Under the pieces are notes generated by a model. The model saw nothing but the letters and a program-made list of their open reading frames with translations, was not told the origin of the DNA and did not search any database. Positions 1 to 9,908 of a stretch of DNA of 64,000 nucleotides are shown here, piece by piece. The stretch lies in the NCBI GenBank assembly GCA_025055575.1, contig JANWWP010000023.1:34255-98254 (forward strand). The letters run 5' to 3'. The DNA is from Flavobacteriales bacterium. Lineage in GTDB: Bacteria; Bacteroidota; Bacteroidia; CAIKAF01. Made by a program: the position numbers and the translations under genes. Position 1 is the first letter of the stretch, and each line of letters begins with the position of its first letter.

Positions 1-1
1 G

Positions 2-283
2 CCCGAAAGCTGTTCCAGCATTTTGTGGCGCAGCTGGGACTTTAAGGAAAAGGCCGCGGAGGCCCTGAAGCTGACTGCCGATGATATGCTGGCCCTGGGC
101 TTGGTGGATGGTGTGGTGCCTGAACCCCTGGGTGGGGCCCATCGTAAGCCCGAGGAAGCCTTTGCGCAGGTGAAAAAAACGCTCTTGGAAGCCCTCCAGG
201 ATCTGCGACGTATCAAACCTGAAAAGCTGGTGGCCCAAAGACGTGAAAAATTTTTAAAGATGGCGGTGTATTTAGAAAAATAA
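2..283 (+). CDS. accA: acetyl-CoA carboxylase carboxyltransferase alpha subunit, C-terminal part (5' truncated by window)
   Basis: Frame open from base 2: PESCSSILWRSW...AAEALKLTADD...GVVPEPLGGAHR, the typical AccA C-terminus. Confidence 0.93.
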   Translation, partial: PESCSSILWRSWDFKEKAAEALKLTADDMLALGLVDGVVPEPLGGAHRKPEEAFAQVKKTLLEALQDLRRIKPEKLVAQRREKFLKMAVYLEK

Positions 284-291
284 ATTCGTCC

Positions 292-1227
292 ATGAGTTCT
301 GAACAATTTCTTGAAATCCTTCCAGGGGCCCTGCCCACCGCACGTCTACATGCTTACCTTTTGGCCGGCGTGGCGCCGCGGCCCATTGCTTTTGCATCAA
401 CCTTAGATAAAGAAGGGCGGCCTAACCTGGCTCCTTTTAGTTTTTTCAATGTGTTTGGCAGTCGCCCCCCCCTGGCTATTTTCTCACCTGCCCGACGCGT
501 AAGGGATAATACCACCAAAGACACGTTAGAAAACGTAAAAGAAGTGCCTGAAGTGGTGATCAATGCTGTGAATTTTGCCATGGTGAATCAGTGCAGCCTG
601 GCCAGCACGGAATATCCGCGTGGGGTGAATGAATTCCTGAAGGCCGGCCTCACGCCCATACCCTCTGATTTGGTGCGACCTTTCGGCGTGGCCGAAAGTC
701 CATTCCGTATGGAATGTAAGGTGCGCGAAGTGATCGAAACCGGCACTGAAGGTGGAGCCGGAAATCTCATTGTCTGTGAAATTCTGAAAATTCACATCCG
801 GCAGGATGTTTTGGACTCTGAGGGTCAGATTGACCAGCATAAAATTGATCTGGTGGCCCGGCTGGGCAAGGATTGGTACTGCCGGGCTTCCGGCGCGTCG
901 CTTTTTGAAGTCGAAAAACCTTTAGCCCGCCTGGGTGTGGGCATTGATAGTCTCCCGGAGTCCGTGCGCACCAGCCCAATACTCACGGGCAACGAACTGG
1001 CACGCTTAGGTAACGTGCCGCAACTTCCCTCTCCGGAAGCTGTGTCGGAATTTGTGGGGTCCGGCCGACTCGAGGAATTGGCTGCGCGGTTGGGTTATTC
1101 TCCGGGTGAAATGGCTGTGAGGGCCCACGAAGCAGCCTCTAAATTGTTAGCCGAAAACCACGTGGAGGAAGCCCTTTTGCTTTTGATGGCTACAGCCCGG
1201 GAAGTTTTATCCGATAAAACGGTCTGA
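292..1227 (+). CDS. flavin reductase family protein (DIM6/NTAB)
   Basis: APRPIAFASTLDKEGRPNLAPFSFFN, KDTLEN and ARLG motifs. Confidence 0.88.
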   Translation: MSSEQFLEILPGALPTARLHAYLLAGVAPRPIAFASTLDKEGRPNLAPFSFFNVFGSRPPLAIFSPARRVRDNTTKDTLENVKEVPEVVINAVNFAMVNQCSLASTEYPRGVNEFLKAGLTPIPSDLVRPFGVAESPFRMECKVREVIETGTEGGAGNLIVCEILKIHIRQDVLDSEGQIDQHKIDLVARLGKDWYCRASGASLFEVEKPLARLGVGIDSLPESVRTSPILTGNELARLGNVPQLPSPEAVSEFVGSGRLEELAARLGYSPGEMAVRAHEAASKLLAENHVEEALLLLMATAREVLSDKTV

Positions 1228-1230
1228 TGA

Positions 1231-1542
1231 ATGGCCGGACCTATCATTTACAATGTCACCATCAATGTGGATGATGAAATCCGGGAAGAATGGCTGGATT
1301 GGATGCGTCGGGTCCATATTCCCGATGTGATGAACACCGGCTGCTTCACCAGCTGGCGCCTGTGCCGGCTATTGGTGGAGGAAGAAAAAGGGACCACATT
1401 TGCCATCCAATACACCGCGGCCTCTTTGGAAGATTTTGAAAAATACCAGAAAAACTTTGCCGCTGAACTCCAAAGACAGCACAGCGAAAAATTCAGGGAT
1501 CGCTTCGTAGCCTTCCGAACGCTTCTGGAGCAGTTGGAATGA
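1231..1542 (+). CDS. DUF4286 family protein
   Basis: IIYNVTINVD..WLDWM..HIPDVM..FVAFRTLL; usual Bacteroidota neighbour of rsmA. Confidence 0.85.
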   Translation: MAGPIIYNVTINVDDEIREEWLDWMRRVHIPDVMNTGCFTSWRLCRLLVEEEKGTTFAIQYTAASLEDFEKYQKNFAAELQRQHSEKFRDRFVAFRTLLEQLE

Positions 1543-2315
1543 AAAACTTTGCTGCGCGCAAAAGCTTCGGACAGCACTTCCTGAAGACCGATTCCAAAGC
1601 CTGGCAGATAGCGCAAGTCCATTTAGAACACGCGGGCGCCCTCCCGGTGCTGGAAGTGGGTGCCGGCCTAGGCCACCTGACCCGGTATCTCACCTCAGCC
1701 CGTGACCTCGAAATCGTGGAATTGGACAGCCGCTGCATTCCCCATTTATTAAAAAGCTACGGCACGGTGGCGCGCATCGTGCATGGAGATTTTCTGGAAG
1801 TTTTTCCGGATGCATTCGATCATCCGGAATATGCCCTTGTCGGGAATTTCCCATACAATATTTCATCCCAAATTCTTCTAAAGATTTTGGACCATGCACC
1901 GCGGGTACCCCTGTTCACCGGCATGTTCCAACTGGAGGTGGCCCGGCGCCTGATATCGACGCCCGGATCCCGTGAATACGGTATTCTCAGCGTTCTGCTT
2001 CAGGCTCAATACGAGGGGCGGATCCTTCTGCATCTCAGACCCGGAGATTTTCAGCCGCCACCGGCCGTTCATTCAGCCGTCATTCTTTGCCAACGTAAAG
2101 AAAATTTTCTCTTGCCTTGCGCGGCGGAGACTTTGCGCCGCGTAACCCGGGCCGCTTTTGGCCAAAGACGCAAAATTCTGCGCAACAGCCTGGGCCGTGA
2201 ACTTCCTGCTTTGCTTCCCTATTTGGCACACCATAATCTGGAAGAAAAAAGGGCCGAACAATTGTCATGGCAGATTTACGTGGAGCTTGCTCTGGAGCTG
2301 GAGGAGGAGGGTTGA
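1539..2315 (+). CDS. rsmA: 16S rRNA adenine dimethyltransferase RsmA/KsgA
   Basis: KSFGQHFL, VLEVGAGLG (SAM binding), GNFPYNISS, AFGQRRK; ATGA overlap with the upstream gene. Confidence 0.95.
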   Translation: MKNFAARKSFGQHFLKTDSKAWQIAQVHLEHAGALPVLEVGAGLGHLTRYLTSARDLEIVELDSRCIPHLLKSYGTVARIVHGDFLEVFPDAFDHPEYALVGNFPYNISSQILLKILDHAPRVPLFTGMFQLEVARRLISTPGSREYGILSVLLQAQYEGRILLHLRPGDFQPPPAVHSAVILCQRKENFLLPCAAETLRRVTRAAFGQRRKILRNSLGRELPALLPYLAHHNLEEKRAEQLSWQIYVELALELEEEG

Positions 2316-2363
2316 TTCTCCGCAGGAAATCAGGCGCTTTTTGTGGAACTTTCCAACCATCCT

Positions 2364-2371
2364 TAACTTTG
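2364..2371 (+). promoter_or_regulatory. Bacteroidota sigma-A -7 promoter element (TAACTTTG)
   Basis: Exact TAnnTTTG match in the intergenic gap, 23 nt before ATG 2395. Confidence 0.6.
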
Positions 2372-2394
2372 TAAAAAAAACTTCAACCGGATTT

Positions 2395-2997
2395 ATGAAA
2401 AAAGTGCGTCTGGAGGTTTTGGGTCTATCGCAGAGTCAGGTACAAGAATCTTCCTACGCCCTTGTTCTGGGAGACGAGGCCGGCGAACGAAGGCTTCCTA
2501 TCATCATTGGCAGTTGGGAAGCGCAGGCCATTGCGCTCAAATTGGAAAATCTGCCCACTCAACGGCCCCTTACCCACGACTTGTTCAAAAACTTTGCCGA
2601 AGCCTTTGGTATCCAGTTGGTGGAAGTGGTGATCAACAATCTGCAGGAAGGTATTTTTTACAGTGTGCTCATATGTGAAAAAGAAGGCGAACGCGTGGAA
2701 ATTGATTCCCGTACCTCCGACGCCATAGCTTTGGCGCTGCGCTTCGATTGCCCTATTTATACTTATGATTTTATTCTGAGTTCCGCCGGTATCGCCGCCC
2801 AGTCTCTCAGGGAACCTGCTGAGGGCGGCGAAGAAGGTGAAGCCATGCAGGAATCCTTTGAAAAATCCGGTGCTTTAGAAAACTTAACGGTAGCGCACCT
2901 GAAAGAAAAACTCAAAGAAGCGGTGGAAAGCGAGAATTACGAACTGGCCTCCCGCATCCGGGATGAATTGAAAAAAAGAAAAGCCCTAGACGGCTGA
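2395..2997 (+). CDS. bifunctional nuclease family protein (DUF151) with C-terminal UVR domain
   Basis: RRLPIIIG..EAQAIA, RPLTHDL, IDSRTSDAIALA, ENYELASRIRDE; start moved to MKKVRL at 2395, downstream of the -7 element. Confidence 0.9.
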   Translation: MKKVRLEVLGLSQSQVQESSYALVLGDEAGERRLPIIIGSWEAQAIALKLENLPTQRPLTHDLFKNFAEAFGIQLVEVVINNLQEGIFYSVLICEKEGERVEIDSRTSDAIALALRFDCPIYTYDFILSSAGIAAQSLREPAEGGEEGEAMQESFEKSGALENLTVAHLKEKLKEAVESENYELASRIRDELKKRKALDG

Positions 2998-4443
2998 ATG
3001 AAATCTGTTGTAAAATTATTCCTACCCCACCGGTGGGTCCTCCGAAGGCTTGTTTTTTTCCTGGGCTTGGCGGCATGTCCCGCACTCTGTGCTGCCCAGG
3101 CCGAAGGAACCGCACTCCCTCAAAGCGGAAATGGCACTGGTATTATAGAGGATTTACTCCGCGGTGTCCTGGGCCTGGGTTTTTGCATCGGTCTTTGTGT
3201 GCTCTTTAGCACCCATCGGCGTCGTATCCCTTGGCCCTTGGTGGCTAAGGCTTTAGTGCTGCAACTGGGGATTGCCCTTCTTGTACTCAAGGTGCCGGCC
3301 GCGCAAAAAATGTTTGAGTGGGTGAGCAAGGCTTTTGTGAAAGTTTTATCCTTCTCCTCGGAAGGGGCTTCCTTTCTTTTTAAATCTTTTGGTTTAGGTG
3401 TGATGGAGTCGCCTCTACAAAATTTTGCATTCGTCATTTTGCCGGTGATCATCTTTTTTTCGGCTTTATCCAGTGTGCTGTTTTTTTTGGGGGTATTGCA
3501 AAAAGTGGTGTTGGCCTTTGCCTGGCTGATGCGTAATACACTGAAAATTTCCGGATCGGAAAGCTTAGCGGCCGCTGCAAATATTTTTCTGGGACAAACG
3601 GAAGCCCCATTGCTCATAAAACCTTATATACCCGGCATGACCCGCAGCGAATTAATGTGTCTTATGACCGGCGGGATGGCTACCATTGCGGGCAGCGTTT
3701 TTGCGGCCTACGTGGGCTATCTGGGGGGCAGTGATCCCCAGGCCCAAATTTTTTTTGCTAAGCACCTACTCACCGCCAGCGTTATGAGCGCTCCGGCAGC
3801 TGTGGCAGCGGCCAAAATCCTGGTTCCTGAAACCGCTGCCATAAACCAGTCCCTGGAGGTGAACCGCGAAAAAATCGGCGCCAATTTTCTGGATGCGGTA
3901 TCAAATGGCACCGCCGATGGTATCCGCTTGGCCATCAATGTGGCGGCTATGCTTCTCGTTTTTATTGCTTTTGTGGCCATGATCAATTTTATTCTCGCCA
4001 AAGTGGGCCTCTGGACCGGTTTGAATACACTGGTTCAATCCATCTCGGGAGGCCGCTATGCGGAGTTCAGCCTGGATAGCCTCTTGGGTATTTTGGGGGC
4101 GCCGATCAGCTGGCTTCTGGGTGTTCCAAGAGAAGATATGTTTGTGGTAGGCCAATTATTGGGCCAAAAAACCGTCCTCAATGAGTTTTACGCATATGCC
4201 CAGTTGGGTCGCCTTCTTCAAACCCCGGGCAGTTTCACCCACACCAAGTCTGTCCTCATGTGCACATACATTCTTTGTGGCTTTGCCAACCTGGCGTCCA
4301 TCGGTATTCAGATTGGAGGGATTGGGGCCCTGGCCCCATCCCGCAAAAGCGAGTTGGCTTCATTGGGGTTTCTGGCCTTACTGGGAGGCACAGTAGCCTC
4401 TTTATTCACGGCCGTGCTGGTGGGCATGGTGTACGGTTTGTAA
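2998..4443 (+). CDS. Na+-dependent concentrative nucleoside transporter (CNT/NupC family)
   Basis: NIFLGQTEAPL, GGMATIAGSV, KTVLNEFYAY, CGFANLASIGIQIGG. Confidence 0.92.
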   Translation: MKSVVKLFLPHRWVLRRLVFFLGLAACPALCAAQAEGTALPQSGNGTGIIEDLLRGVLGLGFCIGLCVLFSTHRRRIPWPLVAKALVLQLGIALLVLKVPAAQKMFEWVSKAFVKVLSFSSEGASFLFKSFGLGVMESPLQNFAFVILPVIIFFSALSSVLFFLGVLQKVVLAFAWLMRNTLKISGSESLAAAANIFLGQTEAPLLIKPYIPGMTRSELMCLMTGGMATIAGSVFAAYVGYLGGSDPQAQIFFAKHLLTASVMSAPAAVAAAKILVPETAAINQSLEVNREKIGANFLDAVSNGTADGIRLAINVAAMLLVFIAFVAMINFILAKVGLWTGLNTLVQSISGGRYAEFSLDSLLGILGAPISWLLGVPREDMFVVGQLLGQKTVLNEFYAYAQLGRLLQTPGSFTHTKSVLMCTYILCGFANLASIGIQIGGIGALAPSRKSELASLGFLALLGGTVASLFTAVLVGMVYGL

Positions 4444-4453
4444 CCTTTGCACG

Positions 4454-6439
4454 GTGAATTTTTTCAGAAATAATTTAGACAAGGCTCAAAGTCCGTATTT
4501 AAAACAACATGCCCAGAACCCCGTCTTCTGGCAAACCTGGCATCGCGCGGTATTTGAAGAGGCCCAGCGCCGCGACTGTTTGGTAATACTTAGCATTGGC
4601 TATGCCACATGCCACTGGTGCCATGTGATGGAACATGAGAGCTTTTCCGATCCGCTCGTGGCCGAAGTAATGAATGCCCATTACCTCTGCATTAAGGTGG
4701 ACCGTGAAGAGCTACCGGATGTGGACGCCTATTATATGGATGCCGTCCAGGCCATGGGAATACCCGGAGGCTGGCCTCTCAACCTCATTTTATTATCGGA
4801 TGGCCGTCCGGTTTTCGGCGGCACGTATTTCCCGAAACAAAGATGGCTGCGCCTTTTGCAGGACCTTGCTGAACTGTACAAAAGTGAAAAAAAACGCTTT
4901 CTGGAATATGCTGAACAACTCGCTCTCGCCCTCCAGGAATATGGACCCACCGGAAGTCGCGTTCCCCAGCAGACGGATGAATCCCAGCTGAAAGAAGCAC
5001 TGAATACTTTATTCCAGCAATTTGACACGTCGTACGGCGGGCTTAAGAAAGCCCCTAAATTTCCGGTACCCGTGTGGTGGAATTTCGTGTTAGACTATGC
5101 CCTTTTACATCAGCGCCCGGACCTGGCAGATCATGTGCATTTCACATTAGGAAAAATGGCTTTGAGCGGACTTAGGGATCATGTGGAAGGCGGATTTTTC
5201 AGATATTCTACGGATGCGGCTTGGCACATCCCCCATTTTGAGAAAATGCTCTATGACAATGCTCAGCTCATCAGCCTCTTTTCCAGGGCTTATCGCCACA
5301 GGCACATTCCATTATATAAAGATGTAGTGAATACCACCACAGCCTGGCTGGAAGCCCGGCTGCAGCTACCCAATGGCCTGTATGCCAGCGGACTGGATGC
5401 CGATTCGGCAGAGGGGGAAGGCGCCTACTATACTTTTAGAGAAGAAGAATTAAAAAATTTGGGGGGAACTGAATTTTCCTGCATGGCCGAAGCTTTGGGA
5501 ATACTTCCTGAACTTCGGTGGGAGGGCCGGTATCATGTTTTTCCCAAAAAATTGTTCGATGCCTTTCCTGCTGAAGGAAAAGATGCGACATATTACACCC
5601 ATGTGTGGACAGCTCTGCGGACACTTCGTCAGGACCGCCCGACGCCGGCGCTGGACGACAAAGCTTTGCTGGGCTGGAATGCCTTGCTCGTCAAAGCCTT
5701 TGTGGAAGCGGCATGGGCTTTCCCAAAAGCGGGTTTTGAGGAAAAAGCACAAAATCTAGCCCAAAGGTTAAAAGACCATTTTCTGTCTGAGAAGAACCGG
5801 CCTTTGCGTTGTTGTTATCCGGATGGCACCCGTATCTCAGCCCGTTCCGATGATCTGGCTCTGGCTATTGAGGCCTTCATTTATCTGGCAGCCCTCACCG
5901 GCAGCGATGCCCACTGGCAGCTGGCTGTTCAGCTCATGAACTTGGCTTTGGAGACATTTGGCGATCCTGCAGAGCCATTTTTCCGAATGACTTCCTTGCA
6001 GGAAAATAATCTTTTGCCCGCGCCGCTTTATGAAACCGAAGATTCTGTCATTCCTTCGGCCAACGCTGTCATGTGTGGAAATTTGATGTACTTAGGAATT
6101 TTTACAGGGAATACGGCCTGGATAGAAAATGCATTGCGGATGTTAGAGGCCATCCGCCCGATGGCCTACCGCTACCCAGGCGCTCACGGCTTGTGGCTAT
6201 CCTGGCAAAGCCTTCTGCCTGAGGGTCCCGCTATTTCTGCACTCACCAATCGGGCCCCGGATAAATGGATGGAAGTGGCACAATGTTACAGGCCGGGAGT
6301 ATTGCCCATAAAAGGATCCGAAACTTCAGCATGGCCTTTTATTGCGGAAAAAAGACGGGCCCCCGGAAGTTGGCATCTGTGCAACGTACACACCTGTCTT
6401 CCCCCTGCCGCCCACTTTTGCGCATCATCAGAAGACTAG
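4454..6439 (+). CDS. thioredoxin domain-containing protein (YyaL/SSP411 family)
   Basis: SPYLKQHAQNPV, GYATCHWCHVMEHESF, GGWPL, PHFEKMLYDNAQL. Confidence 0.92.
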   Translation: MNFFRNNLDKAQSPYLKQHAQNPVFWQTWHRAVFEEAQRRDCLVILSIGYATCHWCHVMEHESFSDPLVAEVMNAHYLCIKVDREELPDVDAYYMDAVQAMGIPGGWPLNLILLSDGRPVFGGTYFPKQRWLRLLQDLAELYKSEKKRFLEYAEQLALALQEYGPTGSRVPQQTDESQLKEALNTLFQQFDTSYGGLKKAPKFPVPVWWNFVLDYALLHQRPDLADHVHFTLGKMALSGLRDHVEGGFFRYSTDAAWHIPHFEKMLYDNAQLISLFSRAYRHRHIPLYKDVVNTTTAWLEARLQLPNGLYASGLDADSAEGEGAYYTFREEELKNLGGTEFSCMAEALGILPELRWEGRYHVFPKKLFDAFPAEGKDATYYTHVWTALRTLRQDRPTPALDDKALLGWNALLVKAFVEAAWAFPKAGFEEKAQNLAQRLKDHFLSEKNRPLRCCYPDGTRISARSDDLALAIEAFIYLAALTGSDAHWQLAVQLMNLALETFGDPAEPFFRMTSLQENNLLPAPLYETEDSVIPSANAVMCGNLMYLGIFTGNTAWIENALRMLEAIRPMAYRYPGAHGLWLSWQSLLPEGPAISALTNRAPDKWMEVAQCYRPGVLPIKGSETSAWPFIAEKRRAPGSWHLCNVHTCLPPAAHFCASSED

Positions 6440-6484
6440 GAAAACCTCTGATTAAAGGATTTTTTCCTAATCGGGCAGAAAAAC

Positions 6485-6515
6485 TTGGAAAAGCCTTCTG
6501 ATTTTCCTAACTTTG
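6485..6515 (+). promoter_or_regulatory. sigma-A promoter (-33 TTG ... -7 TAACTTTG)
   Basis: TTG at 6485-6487, 20-nt spacer, TAACTTTG at 6508-6515, upstream of ATG 6535. Confidence 0.6.
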
Positions 6516-6534
6516 ACTTGAAATTAGCATAAAC

Positions 6535-8415
6535 ATGAAGAAAGTTGCCTTTTCCATTTTAAGTCTTTCAATTGGGGCCTTGGCCGTTCAAGCACAAACG
6601 CTTCAGGGCCTCACAAAAAATGCCGTTTCCGGCGTGGCCTTGAAAACTACCAATTACAAATACACCGGGGAAGAAATTCTTCCGGCGCTCATCGCCCCCG
6701 CCGCGCCTTATGTTTCGGCAGCTTACGACCAGTATGAGAAAGCCATGAACGAGGTGACAGCCGTAAAAATTGGGACCACCCGTTACGATTTACAGTCCAA
6801 TTATGCAGTGGCCAACCGGATAAAATTTTATCCGGATAAAACCGTCACTTGTGTGTGGACCATGTCCCTCACAGATGGTGGATGGCCCGACCGCGGCACT
6901 GGTCTTAATTACTGGAATGGCACCTCCTGGGCCTATCCGGATCCAGGACCCACCAGCCGCATAGAAACCGTTCGTATCGGCTGGCCCACGCTGGACTTCG
7001 TGGAAACAGTGAATAAAAAGGAATTTGTAATTTCCCACAATGCCGCCAATCCCTCCCTTCATATTATTGGACAAGCCAACAAAGGCTCCATGGCCTGGAC
7101 CGGTGAAGCCGACATCACCCAATTACCCACCCTGTGGCCCCGTTGCAAGACCGGCGGGCCCGACGGCAGCACCATCCACTGCATTTCCACTACCGACCCA
7201 AGCGGGGCGCCCTATCAAGGCATTTTGGCAGCCAATGTTTACGCACGCAGCTTAAATGGTGGCGCCACCTGGGATCAGACCATGGTTATTCTGCCCGGCA
7301 TGGACAGCACCCAAACCTCGGGAGGTGGCGGTGATACCTACGCCATCGACGTGCGCGGAAATACTGTAGTTGCGGCCTTCTTCAACACTTTTGAACCCAG
7401 TTTCATTCTCAAATCCACCGATAATGGCAACACTTGGACTAAAACAGTCTTTGTAAATACCGGATTCGGGAAGTACAATGTGGACGGCCAAATCAGTGAC
7501 GTGAACGGGGATATGATACCCGACACCGTGACCAGCACCGATCAGGCCGGCACCGTCATTTTAGATCAGAATAATGTGGCTCATGTCTTTTTTGGAGCCA
7601 TGCGCTATCTGGATGATGTAGATACCGGCGGCACTTATTCCTACTTCCCCGGCACAAGCGGACTTTTCCATTGGGCTGAAGGCATGAGCCAACCTGCCTT
7701 GGTGGCAGATCTTGTGGATGAAAACGGAAACGGTACGATTGATATTGCCGGCACCAGTGAAATTGCTACTTACTACACATCTCTCACTTCCCATCCCACA
7801 GCTACCATTGGGCCTAATGGTGAAATAGGGGTAGGCTATTCCGGTTTTGATGAATCCCGCATGAGCGCTAACCAAACCCAAAAGCTACGGCGACTTTATT
7901 TCATTAAATCCACCGATGGGGGCACCACCTGGTCGGCGCCCCAGCAAGTTGCTGAGGCCGGGGACGAATTTGGAGAATATATGTATGCCACTCTGGCTCC
8001 CAACAGCGACAATAACATCCGCCTTTGGGTACAAAGAGACTACGAGCCTGGTTTGATTGTTCGCGGCGATCAGGACAGTCCCGACAACAACGACATCCTG
8101 TATTTGCAACTCACCTGGGATTTCCAAGATGCTCTCGTAGGTATCAAAAATGATTTCCAACTCGCCCGTCAAGCCAGACTCCAGCCCAACCCTGCCAGGG
8201 ATGTGACTTACCTTTCAGCAGACCTTGTGAAAGGGGGTCTTTTCTCCATCCAAATTATGGACAACACAGGCAAAATCATTCAGCACAATACACAGTCTTT
8301 ATCCGCCGGCCTTAACAGCATTCCACTCTCGGTGGAAAGCCTGTCCAGCGGCTTGTACCATGTTGTGCTGCAAAATGCAGAAGGGAGGATTTCCATTCCT
8401 TTAATTCGGAATTAA
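6535..8415 (+). CDS. secreted T9SS type-A cargo protein with Asp-box/BNR repeats (probable beta-propeller)
   Basis: Signal peptide ending in AQ; RSLNGGATW, KSTDNGNTW and KSTDGGTTW Asp-boxes; C-terminal PNPARD...LSSGLYHV sorting domain. Confidence 0.8.
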   Translation: MKKVAFSILSLSIGALAVQAQTLQGLTKNAVSGVALKTTNYKYTGEEILPALIAPAAPYVSAAYDQYEKAMNEVTAVKIGTTRYDLQSNYAVANRIKFYPDKTVTCVWTMSLTDGGWPDRGTGLNYWNGTSWAYPDPGPTSRIETVRIGWPTLDFVETVNKKEFVISHNAANPSLHIIGQANKGSMAWTGEADITQLPTLWPRCKTGGPDGSTIHCISTTDPSGAPYQGILAANVYARSLNGGATWDQTMVILPGMDSTQTSGGGGDTYAIDVRGNTVVAAFFNTFEPSFILKSTDNGNTWTKTVFVNTGFGKYNVDGQISDVNGDMIPDTVTSTDQAGTVILDQNNVAHVFFGAMRYLDDVDTGGTYSYFPGTSGLFHWAEGMSQPALVADLVDENGNGTIDIAGTSEIATYYTSLTSHPTATIGPNGEIGVGYSGFDESRMSANQTQKLRRLYFIKSTDGGTTWSAPQQVAEAGDEFGEYMYATLAPNSDNNIRLWVQRDYEPGLIVRGDQDSPDNNDILYLQLTWDFQDALVGIKNDFQLARQARLQPNPARDVTYLSADLVKGGLFSIQIMDNTGKIIQHNTQSLSAGLNSIPLSVESLSSGLYHVVLQNAEGRISIPLIRN

Positions 8416-8434
8416 AAAAATGAACCTTAAGTTG

Positions 8435-8458
8435 AGCCGGCGCATAGCCGGCTTTTTT
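8435..8458 (+). terminator. intrinsic terminator
   Basis: AGCCGGC-gcata-GCCGGCT followed by a T-run. Confidence 0.8.
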
Positions 8459-8483
8459 ATTTTTGTGAAGTGAATTAAAAAAA

Positions 8484-9743
8484 ATGATGAGAAAATTTAT
8501 TTACGCAACCGCCCTATCCGTGGCGATAACCCCCCTGAAGGCCCAGCGCTTGACCGAAAGCCCCAGCCGGCTTCCGGTAGGGAAAATCCACCAAGCTCAG
8601 GTATTTGACCTGACGCGTCTTCGTTCCGTGAATCCCCAATTGAATAAAGCGCCGGAGTTTCGCTGGCTGAATTATGGCCTTCAGCTGGACCAGTTTTTCT
8701 CTCCTAACGCGGCGGAAGCCTGGTTTATGCACAACTTCCCCGATTCAACGGTGATTTTGGGCGTCACATCAACAGGAGAAGTCGTGTATCCTTGGATTCA
8801 CAAAACAGCCACCATACTGGACCCTAAAAACATGCCGGATCCCTGGATTACGCCTTCTACTTCCTACACATTGGATTCTTTGGGCATAGTGTATGCCTAT
8901 TTAAGGTCTCTGCCGCCCAGCGTGGTGGACAGCGTCATCGTTGAAATCATAAAACATGACAACAATCTGGTGTATACGGGTATTGGCGGAAGCTACACTT
9001 GGCAGGACATCGAGTATGAATTTGCTACCAACAGGGTGAAACCTTATCAGGTCATCAAAAGGATTGCTGTGCCTCTCACCCAAAACGACAGTACTTCTTT
9101 TGCCTCGGAAATTTTCATTCCGGTAACAGGCGTACCTGTCCAGCCCGGAAGTAACCGTATTGGCGCGGTGGTTTCCTATAAACCCGGCTTTAGCTACACG
9201 ATCACGGACTCCTTGGACAACCTGAACCAGTTTTACCAAATGTCACTTGAACAAAATGGAGCGAGCACAGATCCAAATTATTATGGAACTCCTGGAGACG
9301 CCAACTCCGATCTGAATTGTTCCTTTATTCTGCCGGTTTCCGTGCGGTATAATTATAATCCCAATGGTTGGAACGGCTACTTTATTCCCACTTGGGCTTT
9401 TGCCACCGGTTACCGCTATGAGCACCACCTCATCGAATTTGGACTCACGGCAGATTTAGCCTCTGTCAAAACCTCCGATCCTTTGGTGGAGTTATTTAAT
9501 GCTCTTCCTGTTCCAGCTGACGAAGATCTTACACTGAATATCCAAATGCATAAAGCCGCTTCGGCCCATGTGAAAATTTACGACCTGGCCGGGAAACTTC
9601 TCCTTCAACAAAATCTTGGCCATTTGCAGGCCGGATTTAACAGTGTGCCGGTACCGGTCAGTGCCTTGCCCACCGGGGTTTACAACCTCACGCTGCACAC
9701 GCCGGCAGGAACCTCCAGCCGCAAGATTGTTGTAAAGCACTAA
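8484..9743 (+). CDS. secreted T9SS type-A cargo protein, function unknown
   Basis: Signal peptide ending in AQ; C-terminal PVPA...KIYDLAGK...LPTGVYNL...RKIVVKH sorting domain. Confidence 0.75.
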   Translation: MMRKFIYATALSVAITPLKAQRLTESPSRLPVGKIHQAQVFDLTRLRSVNPQLNKAPEFRWLNYGLQLDQFFSPNAAEAWFMHNFPDSTVILGVTSTGEVVYPWIHKTATILDPKNMPDPWITPSTSYTLDSLGIVYAYLRSLPPSVVDSVIVEIIKHDNNLVYTGIGGSYTWQDIEYEFATNRVKPYQVIKRIAVPLTQNDSTSFASEIFIPVTGVPVQPGSNRIGAVVSYKPGFSYTITDSLDNLNQFYQMSLEQNGASTDPNYYGTPGDANSDLNCSFILPVSVRYNYNPNGWNGYFIPTWAFATGYRYEHHLIEFGLTADLASVKTSDPLVELFNALPVPADEDLTLNIQMHKAASAHVKIYDLAGKLLLQQNLGHLQAGFNSVPVPVSALPTGVYNLTLHTPAGTSSRKIVVKH

Positions 9744-9766
9744 ACTATTAATTTCTCATAAACATT

Positions 9767-9793
9767 AAAAAAGCCCCTTAAAGGGGCTTTTTT
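9767..9793. terminator. bidirectional intrinsic terminator
   Basis: AAAAAAGCCCCTT-A-AAGGGGCTTTTTT between convergent genes. Confidence 0.85.
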
Positions 9794-9908
9794 ATTTTGG
9801 ATCCAGTGTGTCCTATTTGGGGGCTCCGTGTTTCTTATACCGTATTCTATCGAATCGAAGAGAAAAGGTTTTATTAAGCTGAGAGTTTTAAATTCTTTAT
9901 TTTGGTTT

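Noticed and set aside
2158-2394. Longer N-termini given by the ORF track (also 17671-17892, 28718-28780, 48104-48205, 56719-56751)
   Set aside because: They overlap neighbouring genes or promoter elements; downstream ATGs match family N-termini
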